NCBI GenBank assembly: GCA_965662465.1
Contig: CBFIIO010000007.1
Span: 97-64,096, forward strand
DNA length: 64,000 nt
DNA from: Planctomycetota bacterium
GTDB taxonomy: Bacteria > Planctomycetota > UBA1135 > UBA2386
Reading direction: 5' to 3'
Part shown: positions 27,939-37,813 of the stretch, one piece after another
How the letters are laid out: every line of letters starts with the position of its first letter
How positions within the stretch are numbered: position 1 is the first letter of the stretch
Program-made: the position numbers and the translations under genes
The notes under the pieces: generated by a model
The model's database searches: none
Told to the model about the DNA's origin: nothing
What the model saw: the letters and a program-made list of their open reading frames with translations, nothing else

Positions 27939-29354
27939 CTACTTGCCACCGCCAGCACGGCCGCCGCCGCCGCCGCCGCCGCCGCCACCTCGACCACCGC
28001 CCATTCCTCCGCCCATTCCGCGTCCCATACCGTTGCGGTTGAGACCACGGGTTTCTTTCAGGACTTTGGTGCGGAAGTTTTCGAACTCACGGAGGTCTTT
28101 CTTACTCATCAATGTATCCATTGCGAGCTCCATCCAGTGCTTCGCCTCGGCGTCACCTTCGTCCTTGATGGTTGGCTCCAGGGAGGCTGCTAGCTCCACG
28201 TCGCGACGCAATGCCATTGCGTAGGCGGCCGCCGATCGAACTTCAGGGTCTGAGTCAGCCAGAGCTTTGCGGAGCAATCGATGGGAGGCGTCTTTGTCTT
28301 CGAGTGCACCTGCAGCGACGCTCGCGTGCATTCGCACGATGGTCGACTTCTCGCTCTTCAGGACCTTTTCGAGTTTCGAAATGATGTCTTTCGCTGCGGG
28401 GGCAGTTGCTACCGCTGCACGAAGCATCCAGGCCTTAGCGGTTGGGTCCTTCTCATTCTTCAAGGCCTTCTTAATCGCCTTGTTCGTTTTGGCCTCGGCC
28501 ATATTTGTCAGGCCGCGAGCAGCTTGCTCACGGTTCTCTTTCTTGCGGTCTTCAAGGAAATCGGTCAGGACCGATGACCAGGAGGCAGGTGATATTTGGC
28601 TGATTGCTGACAGGGTGATGCCAGCCATCATGCTTCGGCCACCTTGCAGCTGCTTGCTGACATATTTGATCGCACTCGACTCTGAGCTGCGTAGCAGAAC
28701 TTGGTAGTGCTCGATTGACCCCATCCATCCAGCGCCGCCTTTCTTAAGCGCGTCAATGGCGTCTTTGACTTCGGCCTTAGTCGGTGGCGGCTTGACTTCC
28801 TCTTCGGTCGTCTGCACGTCATCGCCGTATCGCAGGCTTTCTGGTGCTCGGGCGCGTTCCCCTAGCGACCATTCAAACGATGGATCGAACTTCTTGATGC
28901 CATCGACCATGAACCACTCGAGTTGGCCGGCAGTAATCTGGTAAGCGGCGGAGCTGAGGATCGTTTTTCCATCGGGGTGCACGATGACATGGTGGGGCAC
29001 GACGATCGGATCACGGGGAGCCGCGCCTAGATAGCGTTGCAGCACGTCCTGTTCGTCTGTTGATGGCCGGCTGGTGCCGACATCGATACGCAGGCAAACG
29101 CAATGGCTAGAAAGTTTGCGAACACCAGCATCTTTGTAGTGAGCGATGATGCCATCGCTGCCGCGCTCTCCTGGCATGACCACGGCTACGAGCATCACGC
29201 GTTGCTTTTCCTTGGCGAAATTAAGAGCGGAATCTAGCGACGGGTGCCAAGCTAATTCTTGCGCTGAAAGGCAGTTGACTAGCAGTAGTGGAGCGAGCCA
29301 CAGCGCTGCGGCGCAGCGTGTTAGGGCTGAATTTAGGCGTTTGGATGCGTGCAT
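27939..29354 (-). CDS. Secreted thioredoxin-fold + HEAT/ARM-repeat protein with C-terminal RGG/poly-Gly tail
   Basis: Signal peptide 'AAALWLAPLLLVNCLSAQE' from the ATG at 29354. Thioredoxin-like segment lacking CxxC: 'FAKEKQRVMLVAVVMPGERGSDG'. Helical repeats carry 'DPEVRSAAAYAL'-type HEAT signatures. The tail is 'NGMGRGMGGGMGGGRGGGGGGGGGGRAGGGK'. Confidence 0.6.
   Translation of the reverse strand: MHASKRLNSALTRCAAALWLAPLLLVNCLSAQELAWHPSLDSALNFAKEKQRVMLVAVVMPGERGSDGIIAHYKDAGVRKLSSHCVCLRIDVGTSRPSTDEQDVLQRYLGAAPRDPIVVPHHVIVHPDGKTILSSAAYQITAGQLEWFMVDGIKKFDPSFEWSLGERARAPESLRYGDDVQTTEEEVKPPPTKAEVKDAIDALKKGGAGWMGSIEHYQVLLRSSESSAIKYVSKQLQGGRSMMAGITLSAISQISPASWSSVLTDFLEDRKKENREQAARGLTNMAEAKTNKAIKKALKNEKDPTAKAWMLRAAVATAPAAKDIISKLEKVLKSEKSTIVRMHASVAAGALEDKDASHRLLRKALADSDPEVRSAAAYAMALRRDVELAASLEPTIKDEGDAEAKHWMELAMDTLMSKKDLREFENFRTKVLKETRGLNRNGMGRGMGGGMGGGRGGGGGGGGGGRAGGGK
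27960..27986. repeat. (GCC)9 trinucleotide tract encoding poly-Gly on the minus strand
   Basis: Nine uninterrupted GCC units read directly from 27960-27986, inside the C-terminal tail of the 27939-29354 CDS. Confidence 0.95.
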
Positions 29355-29644
29355 GTTGGTAGGGGGTCGTCGAGGTTTTGCGATAGTAGCCGGTCGCCGT
29401 CTGTGACAGTTGCAACAACTGCGTTTCGTCATCTTTCGCTCATGGACCAGGCCATGATACCGCTCGTTGCGAGTCGTTAAGTCATTCTAGAGGCGCATTT
29501 TGCCATAGATTCATGCTGTGGAAGGCCGGTTTCGCAGCGGCCCGCCAATGCAGGCTGTGAATACGCCAATGCCTAGGCTGTTTTGGGGTCAGGTGGTGCT
29601 CCCAGGGAGATGCCGCTAGACCTCATTTGCCTGCATTTTGTTGG

Positions 29645-30472
29645 TTACGAATGCTTGACCATGTGTGCGTGGTTCACTGCATGAAGCCAAGTTTGCGCCA
29701 TCAACGCTGCGCCAGCGCTCGATGGGTGGACTCCGTCCTTAGCCCAGTGCTCTGGGGGGGCAAAGTTGATTGCCGTGTCGAACATGCTTTGGAATGCCAC
29801 GAAGGTCGCATTGTGCTTGTCAGCGACCCGGCGTGCCGCTGCTCGATATTCATCAAACTCAGGAAACCATGATTCCTTGACGGCACCGCATCGCAAAACG
29901 AACGGCTCGCACACAACGAGCTTGACCTGGGGCATTGCGGCAAGCGTGCGTTGGAGCAGCGCGTCGTAGTCTCGTTCGTATATCGCGACCGTGCCGTCGT
30001 AGTTGCCTCCCTTAGAGTGCCAGATGTCATTGACGCCGATCAATATGCTGACGAGATCTGGCTGGAGGTCCAAGCAGTCTTTCTGCCAGCGGTTGGCAAG
30101 CTGGAACACTTTGTGGCCGCTAATGCCGCGGTTGAATACACGCAGACCATGGTCAGGGCTGGCTTCTTCGGCTGGCGCTTTGCTTTTTTGCTCGTGTTGG
30201 ACCAGTAGACCAGCTGCTGCGAGCCAGGCATAGCCATTGCCTAGTGCGCGTTGGTTGTTGGCATCGCCGGCATGTTTCCGGCTGCGTCCGGCATCGGTGA
30301 TCGAGTCACCCTGAAACAGCACCGTAGTACGTTTATTCGGTTGGATGAGTGGCGTATTCGTTGTGCTCGGGCCCGTTGTTGCGGTGCTGCAGCTAGCCAG
30401 ACCTAGGCCGCCAAGAGCAGCAACGGAAGCTCCAAGGAAATCGCGCCGTGCTGGCTGTTGATCATTGCTCAT
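29645..30472 (-). CDS. Tat-exported SGNH/GDSL hydrolase
   Basis: Twin-arginine signal 'QQPARRDFLGASVAALGGLGLASC' from the ATG at 30472. SGNH blocks 'VLFQGDSITDAGR', 'FNRGISG', 'LIGVNDIWH' and 'DGVHPS'. Confidence 0.85.
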   Translation of the reverse strand: MSNDQQPARRDFLGASVAALGGLGLASCSTATTGPSTTNTPLIQPNKRTTVLFQGDSITDAGRSRKHAGDANNQRALGNGYAWLAAAGLLVQHEQKSKAPAEEASPDHGLRVFNRGISGHKVFQLANRWQKDCLDLQPDLVSILIGVNDIWHSKGGNYDGTVAIYERDYDALLQRTLAAMPQVKLVVCEPFVLRCGAVKESWFPEFDEYRAAARRVADKHNATFVAFQSMFDTAINFAPPEHWAKDGVHPSSAGAALMAQTWLHAVNHAHMVKHS

Positions 30473-30538
30473 GGCACTACCATAGCCGTTGTTGAGGTTT
30501 GTTCGAGGTCTTGGCGATCTCACCATAAGATCTTGTCT

Positions 30539-32245
30539 ATGCAACGAGTCCACAAAGCTTGGTTGATGATGCTTGGTCTGATCGCGACCTGTGCTGTCTG
30601 TGCCAGTCAGGACCGCATCACTGGGATGCGCCGCGCTACGAGGTCCATTGTCTATGGCAAGAGCGGAGCTGCGGCTACAAGTCATCCACTGGCGACCCAG
30701 GTGGCTCTGGATGTTCTAAAGCGCGGCGGGACAGCTGTTGATGCAGCGATTGCAGCGAACGCGATGCTTTGTGTGTGCGAGCCAACTGGCTGTGGGCTTG
30801 GTGGCGATTTATTTGCCATTGTATGGGACGCAAAGTCCCAGCGCCTTCATGGACTGAATGCGAGTGGTCGGTCACCACAAACCTTGACTCGCGAGTGGTT
30901 CGTAGAAAATGGCCACGCAACGATACCTAAATACGGGCCGTTACCGCTGTCGGTGCCCGGCTGTGTCGACGGCTGGTTCCAGTTGCATGACCGCTTCGGC
31001 AAATCTCCGATGCGTTCGCTGTTGCGGCCCGCGATCCGGGCTGCTCAGGAAGGTGTCGTCGTCCCTCAGATCATTGCTGAGTATTGGCGGCTTGGCATTG
31101 ATGCCCGTAAGGACCAGCCAGGATTTCGGGAGGTCTTCATGCCATGGGGGCGCGGCCCCAATGAGGGCGAAGTCTATTCGAACACTGCCCTCGCGAGCAC
31201 GTTGCGCGTCATTGCAGCGGGAGGCGTCGATTCGTTCTACCGAGGCGCGATTGCAGATACGTGCACCAGCTTTGTGCAGAAGCACGGTGGGTTTTTGACT
31301 GCGAAGGACTTTGCAGCACATCGCAGCGAATGGATCGAGCCAGTGTCGACGAACTACCGTGGCTACGATGTTTGGGAATTGCCGCCAAACGGTCAAGGCA
31401 TCGCGGCGTTACAGATCTTGAACCTGATCGAACCCTACGACGTGGCTTCGATGGGTTTCGGCAGTGCCGAGTGGGTCCATTTATTTGTCGAGGCTAAGAA
31501 GCTCGCCTATGAGGACCGCGCCAAATACTACGCAGATATGGCCTTTGCGAAGGTGCCGGTCGCAGACCTCATTTCGAAGCAGTATGCCGCCACCCGGCGG
31601 TCTTTGATTGATCTGGACAAGGCGAGTCTCAGCTTGCCTGCTGGCGACGCCAAGCTTGAGGACGGCGACACTGTGTATTTGACCGTTGCCGATCAATATG
31701 GATCGATGATCAGTTTGATCCAGAGCAATTTCCGTGGCCTCGGTTCGGGAATCTGTCCGCCGAGTCTAGGCTTTGGCCTTCAGAATCGCGGCGAACTGTT
31801 TGATCTACGCAAGGGCCAAAACAACAGCTATGCCCCAAGCAAGCGTCCATTCCACACCATCATTCCAGCCTTCGTCACCAAAGATGGTGAGCCGTTTTTA
31901 AGCTTTGGCGTGATGGGTGGCGCGATGCAGCCCCAGGGGCACGTGCAGATCCTTGTCAACATGATCGACTTCGGCATGAATCTTCAGGAGGCGGGCGATG
32001 CTGGCCGCATTCGTCACGAAGGATCCTCGCAGCCAACTGGTGTGCGGATGCAGGATGGAGGGCAGGTATTTTTGGAGTCAGACTACTCGCCAGCGGTCGT
32101 TGCCGAACTTCGCAGCATCGGGCATCAGGTGGCCGTCAAGGCGGGGGCGTTTGGTGGCTACCAGGCCATCATGCGACTGGTGAAGCGTGGCATCTATGGG
32201 GCTGCGTCCGAATCGCGCAAAGATGGCAATGCCGCCGGTTACTGA
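30539..32245 (+). CDS. ggt: Gamma-glutamyltransferase
   Basis: Signal peptide 'AWLMMLGLIATCAVCASQ'. Motifs 'GGTAVDAAIAAN', 'GLGGDLFAIVWD', autoprocessing-site region 'DGDTVYLTVADQYG', 'PFHTIIPAF' and 'GVMGGAMQPQGHVQ'. Confidence 0.9.
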   Translation: MQRVHKAWLMMLGLIATCAVCASQDRITGMRRATRSIVYGKSGAAATSHPLATQVALDVLKRGGTAVDAAIAANAMLCVCEPTGCGLGGDLFAIVWDAKSQRLHGLNASGRSPQTLTREWFVENGHATIPKYGPLPLSVPGCVDGWFQLHDRFGKSPMRSLLRPAIRAAQEGVVVPQIIAEYWRLGIDARKDQPGFREVFMPWGRGPNEGEVYSNTALASTLRVIAAGGVDSFYRGAIADTCTSFVQKHGGFLTAKDFAAHRSEWIEPVSTNYRGYDVWELPPNGQGIAALQILNLIEPYDVASMGFGSAEWVHLFVEAKKLAYEDRAKYYADMAFAKVPVADLISKQYAATRRSLIDLDKASLSLPAGDAKLEDGDTVYLTVADQYGSMISLIQSNFRGLGSGICPPSLGFGLQNRGELFDLRKGQNNSYAPSKRPFHTIIPAFVTKDGEPFLSFGVMGGAMQPQGHVQILVNMIDFGMNLQEAGDAGRIRHEGSSQPTGVRMQDGGQVFLESDYSPAVVAELRSIGHQVAVKAGAFGGYQAIMRLVKRGIYGAASESRKDGNAAGY

Positions 32246-33090
32246 GCGGATGACGATGGGGCTAACCCTACCTTGATTGGATAGTGATCAGACCATCGAC
32301 CAACTGTGGCGTCGTTCGTGATGACTGTGGCAGAACGTGTGTGCTTGGCGGTTTTTGAATCCGCAAACACATAGTCAATGCGGCGGCGTGTTGACCGAAC
32401 ATCGGTCATATTTTCGCGCCAACGCGGAATCAGTGCGGGGGAGCCAAACGTGTAGTTGGCATCCGGGTCGTGCTGGTGCGTCAGGTCAATGAAGCCCTGA
32501 TTCAAGAATGCATCTGTGATGCGGTAGTCAAAGCGGCGGTCTCCGTCGACTAATTGCCCGAGCTGCCCATGTTTTTGTAAGTAGACTTCATCGTGTCGAA
32601 TCTCTGCGTTGAAGTCGCCCACGACAACTACTGGTCGGCCTTCGTCCGCCAGTTTCCGGGCCAGCACGGCAACATGCTCTGCCTCGTGCACCTTGTCTGG
32701 CCAAAAGTGCACGACCAATACGTCAAATCCATGCGTGCGGGCATGGAGGTAGCCGTGGTGGAAACCTTTGCTGCGGCGTTCGACAACCTCGATGGGGTTA
32801 TTGCTCGTCAGTGCTACTGGATATCCGGATTGCTTATGCATCACGGCGTGGTTGTGTCCCCAAGCTGCAGCCAGCTGTAGGAGTGTGTCCTCGCTAGAGT
32901 GAAGCACTTCCTGCAAAGCTACAATCGCAGGCGTCTGTTCTGAGAGCCACTGTGAAGCATCCGCAGTGTGCTTCTCGTGATCGAACAGGTGGTATGTGTT
33001 CCAGTTGACCAGTTCGACCGTATGGCTGCTTTGACACGCAGCGTAGATCAGCAGGAGGGGTAGCAACATCCAGGTAGACTTCGGGGGCAT
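32239..33090 (-). CDS. Endonuclease/exonuclease/phosphatase (EEP) family lipoprotein
   Basis: Lipobox 'LLIYAAC' from the ATG at 33090. EEP motifs 'IVALQEV', 'VVVGDFNAE' and 'RIDYVF...WSDHYPI'. Confidence 0.8.
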   Translation of the reverse strand: MPPKSTWMLLPLLLIYAACQSSHTVELVNWNTYHLFDHEKHTADASQWLSEQTPAIVALQEVLHSSEDTLLQLAAAWGHNHAVMHKQSGYPVALTSNNPIEVVERRSKGFHHGYLHARTHGFDVLVVHFWPDKVHEAEHVAVLARKLADEGRPVVVVGDFNAEIRHDEVYLQKHGQLGQLVDGDRRFDYRITDAFLNQGFIDLTHQHDPDANYTFGSPALIPRWRENMTDVRSTRRRIDYVFADSKTAKHTRSATVITNDATVGRWSDHYPIKVGLAPSSSAQ

Positions 33091-33131
33091 GAGTTGTCTC
33101 TGTAAGGATCTAATGCGTAGAGTTATGGCTA

Positions 33132-33836
33132 ATGGCACACGATACGCGATTCCATGTTGGCACCAGCGGCTTTAGCTACGACGAGTGGAAGCCTTCCTTC
33201 TATCCAAAAGGAATGAAGAAGGCCGAGATGTTGTCTTTCTATGGTCAGCAATTGCCGAGCGTGGAGCTGAACAACACGTTCTATCGCATGCCCACTGAGA
33301 AAAATGTGGCAGCTTGGAGCGAGCAAGTGCCTGATTCCTTCCGGTTCGCGATCAAGGCAACCCGAGGCCTTACTTGGTCGAAGAAGTTGGTTGATTGCGG
33401 AGAGTTCCTTGAGAGTTTCCTCAGTCAGTTAAAGCCGCTGCACAGAAAGCTTGGTTGCGTTTTCTTTCAGGTGCCTAAGTTTGTGCAGTGCGATGTGGAA
33501 GTGCTGCGCGCCTTTCTTGAGTTGCAGCCGCCCGGTCTAAAGACTGCATTCGAGTTTGTACACGAGACTTGGCACGTCCCAGCCGTCTTTGAGATACTGT
33601 ATGCATATGGAGCAACGGTGGTGGTTTCTGATGTTGATGAAATCAGCGATACTGAATTGGATGACGCTGCAGCGTGGCAATACCTGCGCTTACGTCGGTC
33701 CTCATACGGTGATGACGAATTGATGGAGTGGCGTAAACGCATCGTCGCATCGGGAGCGAGCGACGCCTTCGTTTTCTTCAGGCACGAAGACACTGGTGCA
33801 GGTCCTGTCATGGCGCGTCGTTTCCTTGCTCTTTAA
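33132..33836 (+). CDS. DUF72 (UPF0759) family protein
   Basis: Begins 'FHVGTSGFSYDEWKPSFYP....ML.FYGQQLPSVELNNTFYRMP', which is the characteristic DUF72 N-terminus. Confidence 0.8.
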   Translation: MAHDTRFHVGTSGFSYDEWKPSFYPKGMKKAEMLSFYGQQLPSVELNNTFYRMPTEKNVAAWSEQVPDSFRFAIKATRGLTWSKKLVDCGEFLESFLSQLKPLHRKLGCVFFQVPKFVQCDVEVLRAFLELQPPGLKTAFEFVHETWHVPAVFEILYAYGATVVVSDVDEISDTELDDAAAWQYLRLRRSSYGDDELMEWRKRIVASGASDAFVFFRHEDTGAGPVMARRFLAL

Positions 33837-34048
33837 CTGCGACACAAGCAATTGTCGTTGCTACTCTGCCAGGGCTTTCTACAAATGAGCAAAAGGCTGC
33901 CGGCACTCGAATGTTGTGTTTCTCGCTGAATAGGCATTCGAGGCGAATCCAGTTATCTGAGTCGCCGACTTTCCATTGACCATCAAACCGACAGCTAAGT
34001 GACGATGCAGAATCAACTGATTGGGCTGAAGCGGAATGGCGGTGACTC

Positions 34049-34906
34049 GTGATTAACGAGAGAGTTCGCGAAACCATTTTCACGGTTGATGAACTCGCCC
34101 AATTGTGTGGTTTGCCTGTCAACGTGATCAGTCGTTGGGTCGATCACCAGCTGCTGCTACCGATGCGCGGTTCGGCACGTCGTTTTACATTTCGTTCGGT
34201 TGGGACTGTGCGCACGCTTGCTGAATTATGGCGCGCCGGTTGGACAGCTCCTCGGATTGTGCGAGCATGGCGTTTGGCGTGCTCGGTTGTCGACGATTCG
34301 GATGCCGCGTTGACTGGTTTGCTCGCCAGTATAGGTGATAAGCGTGTGACTGTGCGGGCGCCCGATGGTCGCTTGATCGAGTCAACCGGTCAGTTGGTCT
34401 TCGACTTTGATGCAGCGGCCGATTTGTCGTGTGAACCCTTGCGGCAAATGCGCAGCCCTCAGGACTGGTTCGCGATTGGTGTCGAGGCAGAAGCTGCGGG
34501 CCGCCTGCAGGATGCCGTTCGGGCTTACGAGCACTCGTTGCCATCTGGCAGTGCTGAGGCCCACTTCAATCTAGGAAATTGTTATTACGAACTGCGCCGT
34601 CGTCAAGATGCGGTTGAGCAGTTTGAGGCGGCGATTGCGCGCGCCCCGGACTATGCAGAAGCTTGGAACAATCTTGGTATAGCACGTGGCGAAATAGGTC
34701 GCCGCGATGGTGCCGTGGAGGCGCTAGGACACGCGCTGCGGATCGTTCCGCATTACGCGGATGCTCATTACAATCTAGCGGAAGCGCTGGCGGTGGTTGG
34801 TGATCTCGATCGTGCCCGGCAACACTGGCGTGCCTACCTGACGTTTGATCCGAACTCGCGTTGGGCCGAGCAAGTTCGTCAAAGATTGCGCCGCAATGGC
34901 GGCTAA
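34049..34906 (+). CDS. MerR-type HTH N-terminal domain fused to TPR repeats
   Basis: HTH 'FTVDELAQLCGLPVNVISRWVDHQLL'. Three or four TPR units: 'AEAHFNLGNCYYELRRRQDAVEQFEAAIARAPDYAEAWNNLGIA...ADAHYNLAEAL'. GTG start. Confidence 0.7.
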   Translation: MINERVRETIFTVDELAQLCGLPVNVISRWVDHQLLLPMRGSARRFTFRSVGTVRTLAELWRAGWTAPRIVRAWRLACSVVDDSDAALTGLLASIGDKRVTVRAPDGRLIESTGQLVFDFDAAADLSCEPLRQMRSPQDWFAIGVEAEAAGRLQDAVRAYEHSLPSGSAEAHFNLGNCYYELRRRQDAVEQFEAAIARAPDYAEAWNNLGIARGEIGRRDGAVEALGHALRIVPHYADAHYNLAEALAVVGDLDRARQHWRAYLTFDPNSRWAEQVRQRLRRNGG

Positions 34907-35077
34907 TTAGCAAGCTATTCGAGAGCCGCTCATGAATGGCCCGTTCCGCGTCTTGTGCTACGTCAGTAGCGCCGATGTTGCGCTGGTTATCAGGTGCGCC
35001 GTTGTGCGCGATTCAGGCATCCGCAGCTGCTTTTAGGCCGCGTTGCGACCAGCTGGCGAGCCTCGTATGTCGGGCGA

Positions 35078-37321
35078 CTAGCGCCGCTTTAGCAGCTTCT
35101 GCACATGGGGTTGCAGTGCTTGCAGCCAAGCTACCTGGCCACTTGCTGTGATGTGGATGCGGTCTCCCCGCATGTTGGCATTGCATGTGCCGTCTTCGTT
35201 GAGGAATTGGCTGTGCATGTCTAGGTAGCGGACGGTTTGGAGTTGTCGGCCATCCTCCCCGTCACTGAGGCTGTATAGGGCAAGGCATTTGTCGCGGATG
35301 GCGGCAATGGTCTTTCTTGTTTGGCTACCAGCTTTACCGGCCGGGAACGGTCCGCAAACTAGCAAGCAGCTGTCGCGCTTGTTGGCGCGCAGCCAGTCGA
35401 TGATCTCGACGATGCCAGCGACCACCTCGTTGGCGGTGTGCTTACCGGTGACAACGTTGTTGACACCAATTTGTAGCACGATCACTTGCGGGGACAGTTC
35501 CTGCATTGCTCCATGCTGCAGGCGATACAGTAGGTGCTCCGTGCGGTCTCCGCTCAGGCCGAGCGAGATTGCGCCGATGTCGCCAAATACCTGATCTATT
35601 GGCCGTTCACCGTCGGCTTGCGCTAGTCGGTTGGTTGCGCCGGTTAATCCCTGCGTGATGGAGTCGCCGAGAAAGGCGATCGGAAGTGCCGGGTTCTGCT
35701 TCGCCAAGTCACGCATCTTTGTGACTTGTGTTTGCCAAGTGTCACCGCCCCAGCCGGCACCGCTTCGGAATTCCACTGACGGAGATGCAGTGGTGGTTAG
35801 GGCCTGAGGGAAGTTGTTGGCGCGTAAGATTGCGCGCAGCAGTGGCGCTACTGGTCGGAGCCCATGTGGGTGGTGGCCATTGCCGGGCTTCTCCCATATT
35901 TGGACCGGTCCACCGACACTTGCATAGCGTGCCGCAAGCAGGCTGCCGTTTTCAGCGATTGGCACGACTTTGTCCTCGGTGCCGAGCACTAGCAGTAGCG
36001 GGACTTTGGCGGCGGCTAAACCCTCGAGGCGCTCTGCTGGGAATAGTTCGAACTTTTTGCCCTGTTCTTCTGTTAGCTGGAAGGCCCGTAGTGCTCGTTG
36101 CCATTCAAGAGTTGACCGTTTGCCAGTGTTGCCGCCAGGCCACGAACGGATGTCTACAACTGGGTTGTCCCCATAGATTGCGGAGACGCGATCTGGGTGT
36201 GCAATCGCCCAGTTTAAGGCCGCTAGGCCGCCGCGGCTCATGCCCTCCATGGTGGCGCGTTGGTTGAAGCCGGCGCTCGCTAATAACTCGTAGCATTCCT
36301 CGTATCGCTTGATGGCAAACGCTGCGCCGAAGAGGTAGCTGACGTCGCAGTAGACTAAGTGGAAGCCGCGTTCGAGTAGGGCGATATCCAGCTCTGGCTT
36401 GTGGCCGAAGAACCGCGCACGCCAAATCCATGGATTGCCGTTTGCGCTCCCGTGTGGAAAGAAGATTCGGCACGCTCCTTTGGTCACTGGAAGTTCGAAC
36501 GTAATACCTTGGAAGCCTTGGAATGAGTCAGGCTGCTCGGGGATCTTGCGGGCTGCAAGTTGCGAGCTTAGCTTGCTGCGCAGTGGGCTTGATGGGTCTA
36601 GCCTTTCCCCGAGGGCTTCGGCTATTCGTCGTGCTAAGCGTTCGGCGCCGAATGGCGTTGGGTGCACGCCATCGCTTACATCTGCCGGGCGAAGCGTATT
36701 GCGTAGCTCTAAGTATTCGACTCGCTCAGTGCGGCGGGCAACTTCTTGTGCTGCTAGGGCGCAGGTCGCAAGTCGTTTACTGCGGGTTTCCAGGTCTGCT
36801 TTTCGTTCCGATTTGAGGCCCTGCTTTGTCGGAAACATGGGGGGCGGCGAGCACAAGATAATGCGCATGTCTGGCCGTTTTGCATGCAGTGTCGCGATCA
36901 GGTTGATCGCGTCGGTCGCTAGGGACTTGGCGTGTTGCCAGTTTTTCCTGCGCGCGTTTTGGCAAGTGTCGTTGGTGCCAAGAATGACCACCGCAATGTC
37001 TGGTTGCCACGCCACTGCATCGCGGAACGCTTTGGTTTGCAGGTAGGGCCGGTCGGCCTGCGACAGCAGGGTGGAGCCACCAACGCCGAAGTTGCGCACA
37101 ATGAAGCGTTGGCCGAGAAACTCATTTAGCCATCCGGGGTAAGAGCTGTGCTCGCGGTCAGCTATTTGGTCGCCAAAAGTAATGGAGTCGCCCAGGCAAG
37201 CGATGCGGACTTGTGCCTCACCGCTGTCTTGGCCGGTTGCCGTTGACGGAGCCTGTGCGGCTGCCAGGAATACGGCTAGGAGTTGGCTGCTGAGCCAGTG
37301 TCTGGGTCGAGTGGCAGGCAT
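35078..37321 (-). CDS. Secreted triple-hydrolase fusion: SGNH - alpha/beta hydrolase - SGNH
   Basis: Signal peptide 'LLAVFLAAAQAPS'. SGNH-1 has 'IACLGDSITFGD', 'ILGTNDT' and 'DGVHPT'. The central alpha/beta hydrolase has nucleophile elbow 'EGMSRGG' and 'LLVLGTEDKVV'. SGNH-2 has 'IAFLGDSITQG', 'LQIGVNNV' and 'GDRIHIT'. Confidence 0.8.
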   Translation of the reverse strand: MPATRPRHWLSSQLLAVFLAAAQAPSTATGQDSGEAQVRIACLGDSITFGDQIADREHSSYPGWLNEFLGQRFIVRNFGVGGSTLLSQADRPYLQTKAFRDAVAWQPDIAVVILGTNDTCQNARRKNWQHAKSLATDAINLIATLHAKRPDMRIILCSPPPMFPTKQGLKSERKADLETRSKRLATCALAAQEVARRTERVEYLELRNTLRPADVSDGVHPTPFGAERLARRIAEALGERLDPSSPLRSKLSSQLAARKIPEQPDSFQGFQGITFELPVTKGACRIFFPHGSANGNPWIWRARFFGHKPELDIALLERGFHLVYCDVSYLFGAAFAIKRYEECYELLASAGFNQRATMEGMSRGGLAALNWAIAHPDRVSAIYGDNPVVDIRSWPGGNTGKRSTLEWQRALRAFQLTEEQGKKFELFPAERLEGLAAAKVPLLLVLGTEDKVVPIAENGSLLAARYASVGGPVQIWEKPGNGHHPHGLRPVAPLLRAILRANNFPQALTTTASPSVEFRSGAGWGGDTWQTQVTKMRDLAKQNPALPIAFLGDSITQGLTGATNRLAQADGERPIDQVFGDIGAISLGLSGDRTEHLLYRLQHGAMQELSPQVIVLQIGVNNVVTGKHTANEVVAGIVEIIDWLRANKRDSCLLVCGPFPAGKAGSQTRKTIAAIRDKCLALYSLSDGEDGRQLQTVRYLDMHSQFLNEDGTCNANMRGDRIHITASGQVAWLQALQPHVQKLLKRR

Positions 37322-37813
37322 ATGCTTTGGGAGCCTAGACGGATCGCATTCTTGAACCCACACGCGGAGTAAATCTCGCCGTCAGGATTTACGACTCTTG
37401 TTGTGGTGCAGGCTCGCGTCAATTGCGTGACAGGATTTTTGTGTGTCAGCAAGGAACTAGTGTCCGGTTTTGCCGGATGATGTGCTTGGGGGTGAGCGTT
37501 CGCGCACGATGTGCGGAATCAAACATGGCTGGCTACTCATCTCTAGTGTTCTTCATAAGTCTATTTTTAATAGTGGTTAATATCGTTTGCGGCGGGGAAT
37601 CTTTGGCTCTGGTCGGGGCGGTTGGTGGCGATTGGGGTGGCTGAGTTTGTCTGGCATCCTGTTTGCTCTTAGGTGCACCGTCGGCAGCAAGCCCAGCGTG
37701 GCCAGCGGAGTTCGCTTGCATGGAACTTTAAGCGAAGTAACGTTCACGGCTTCTGGCTCGACTCGTCCCGGAGTAGACCCTTAGTGCCCTCGTCCAGGGG
37801 CATACCCCATCCA

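Noticed and set aside
27847-28224. ORF with a striking poly-proline run (PPPARPPPPPPPPPPRPPPIPPPIPRPIP).
   Set aside because: It is the antisense reading of the (GCC)9/Gly-rich tail of the 27939-29354 gene. It has no independent start context or other coding evidence.
37591-37650. G-run cluster (GGGG...GGGG...GGTGG...GGGG) as a possible G-quadruplex in the leader of the large lipoprotein gene.
   Set aside because: Only three runs have 3 or more Gs, and the spacers are irregular. This is insufficient for a confident G4 call. It is mentioned only within the leader finding.
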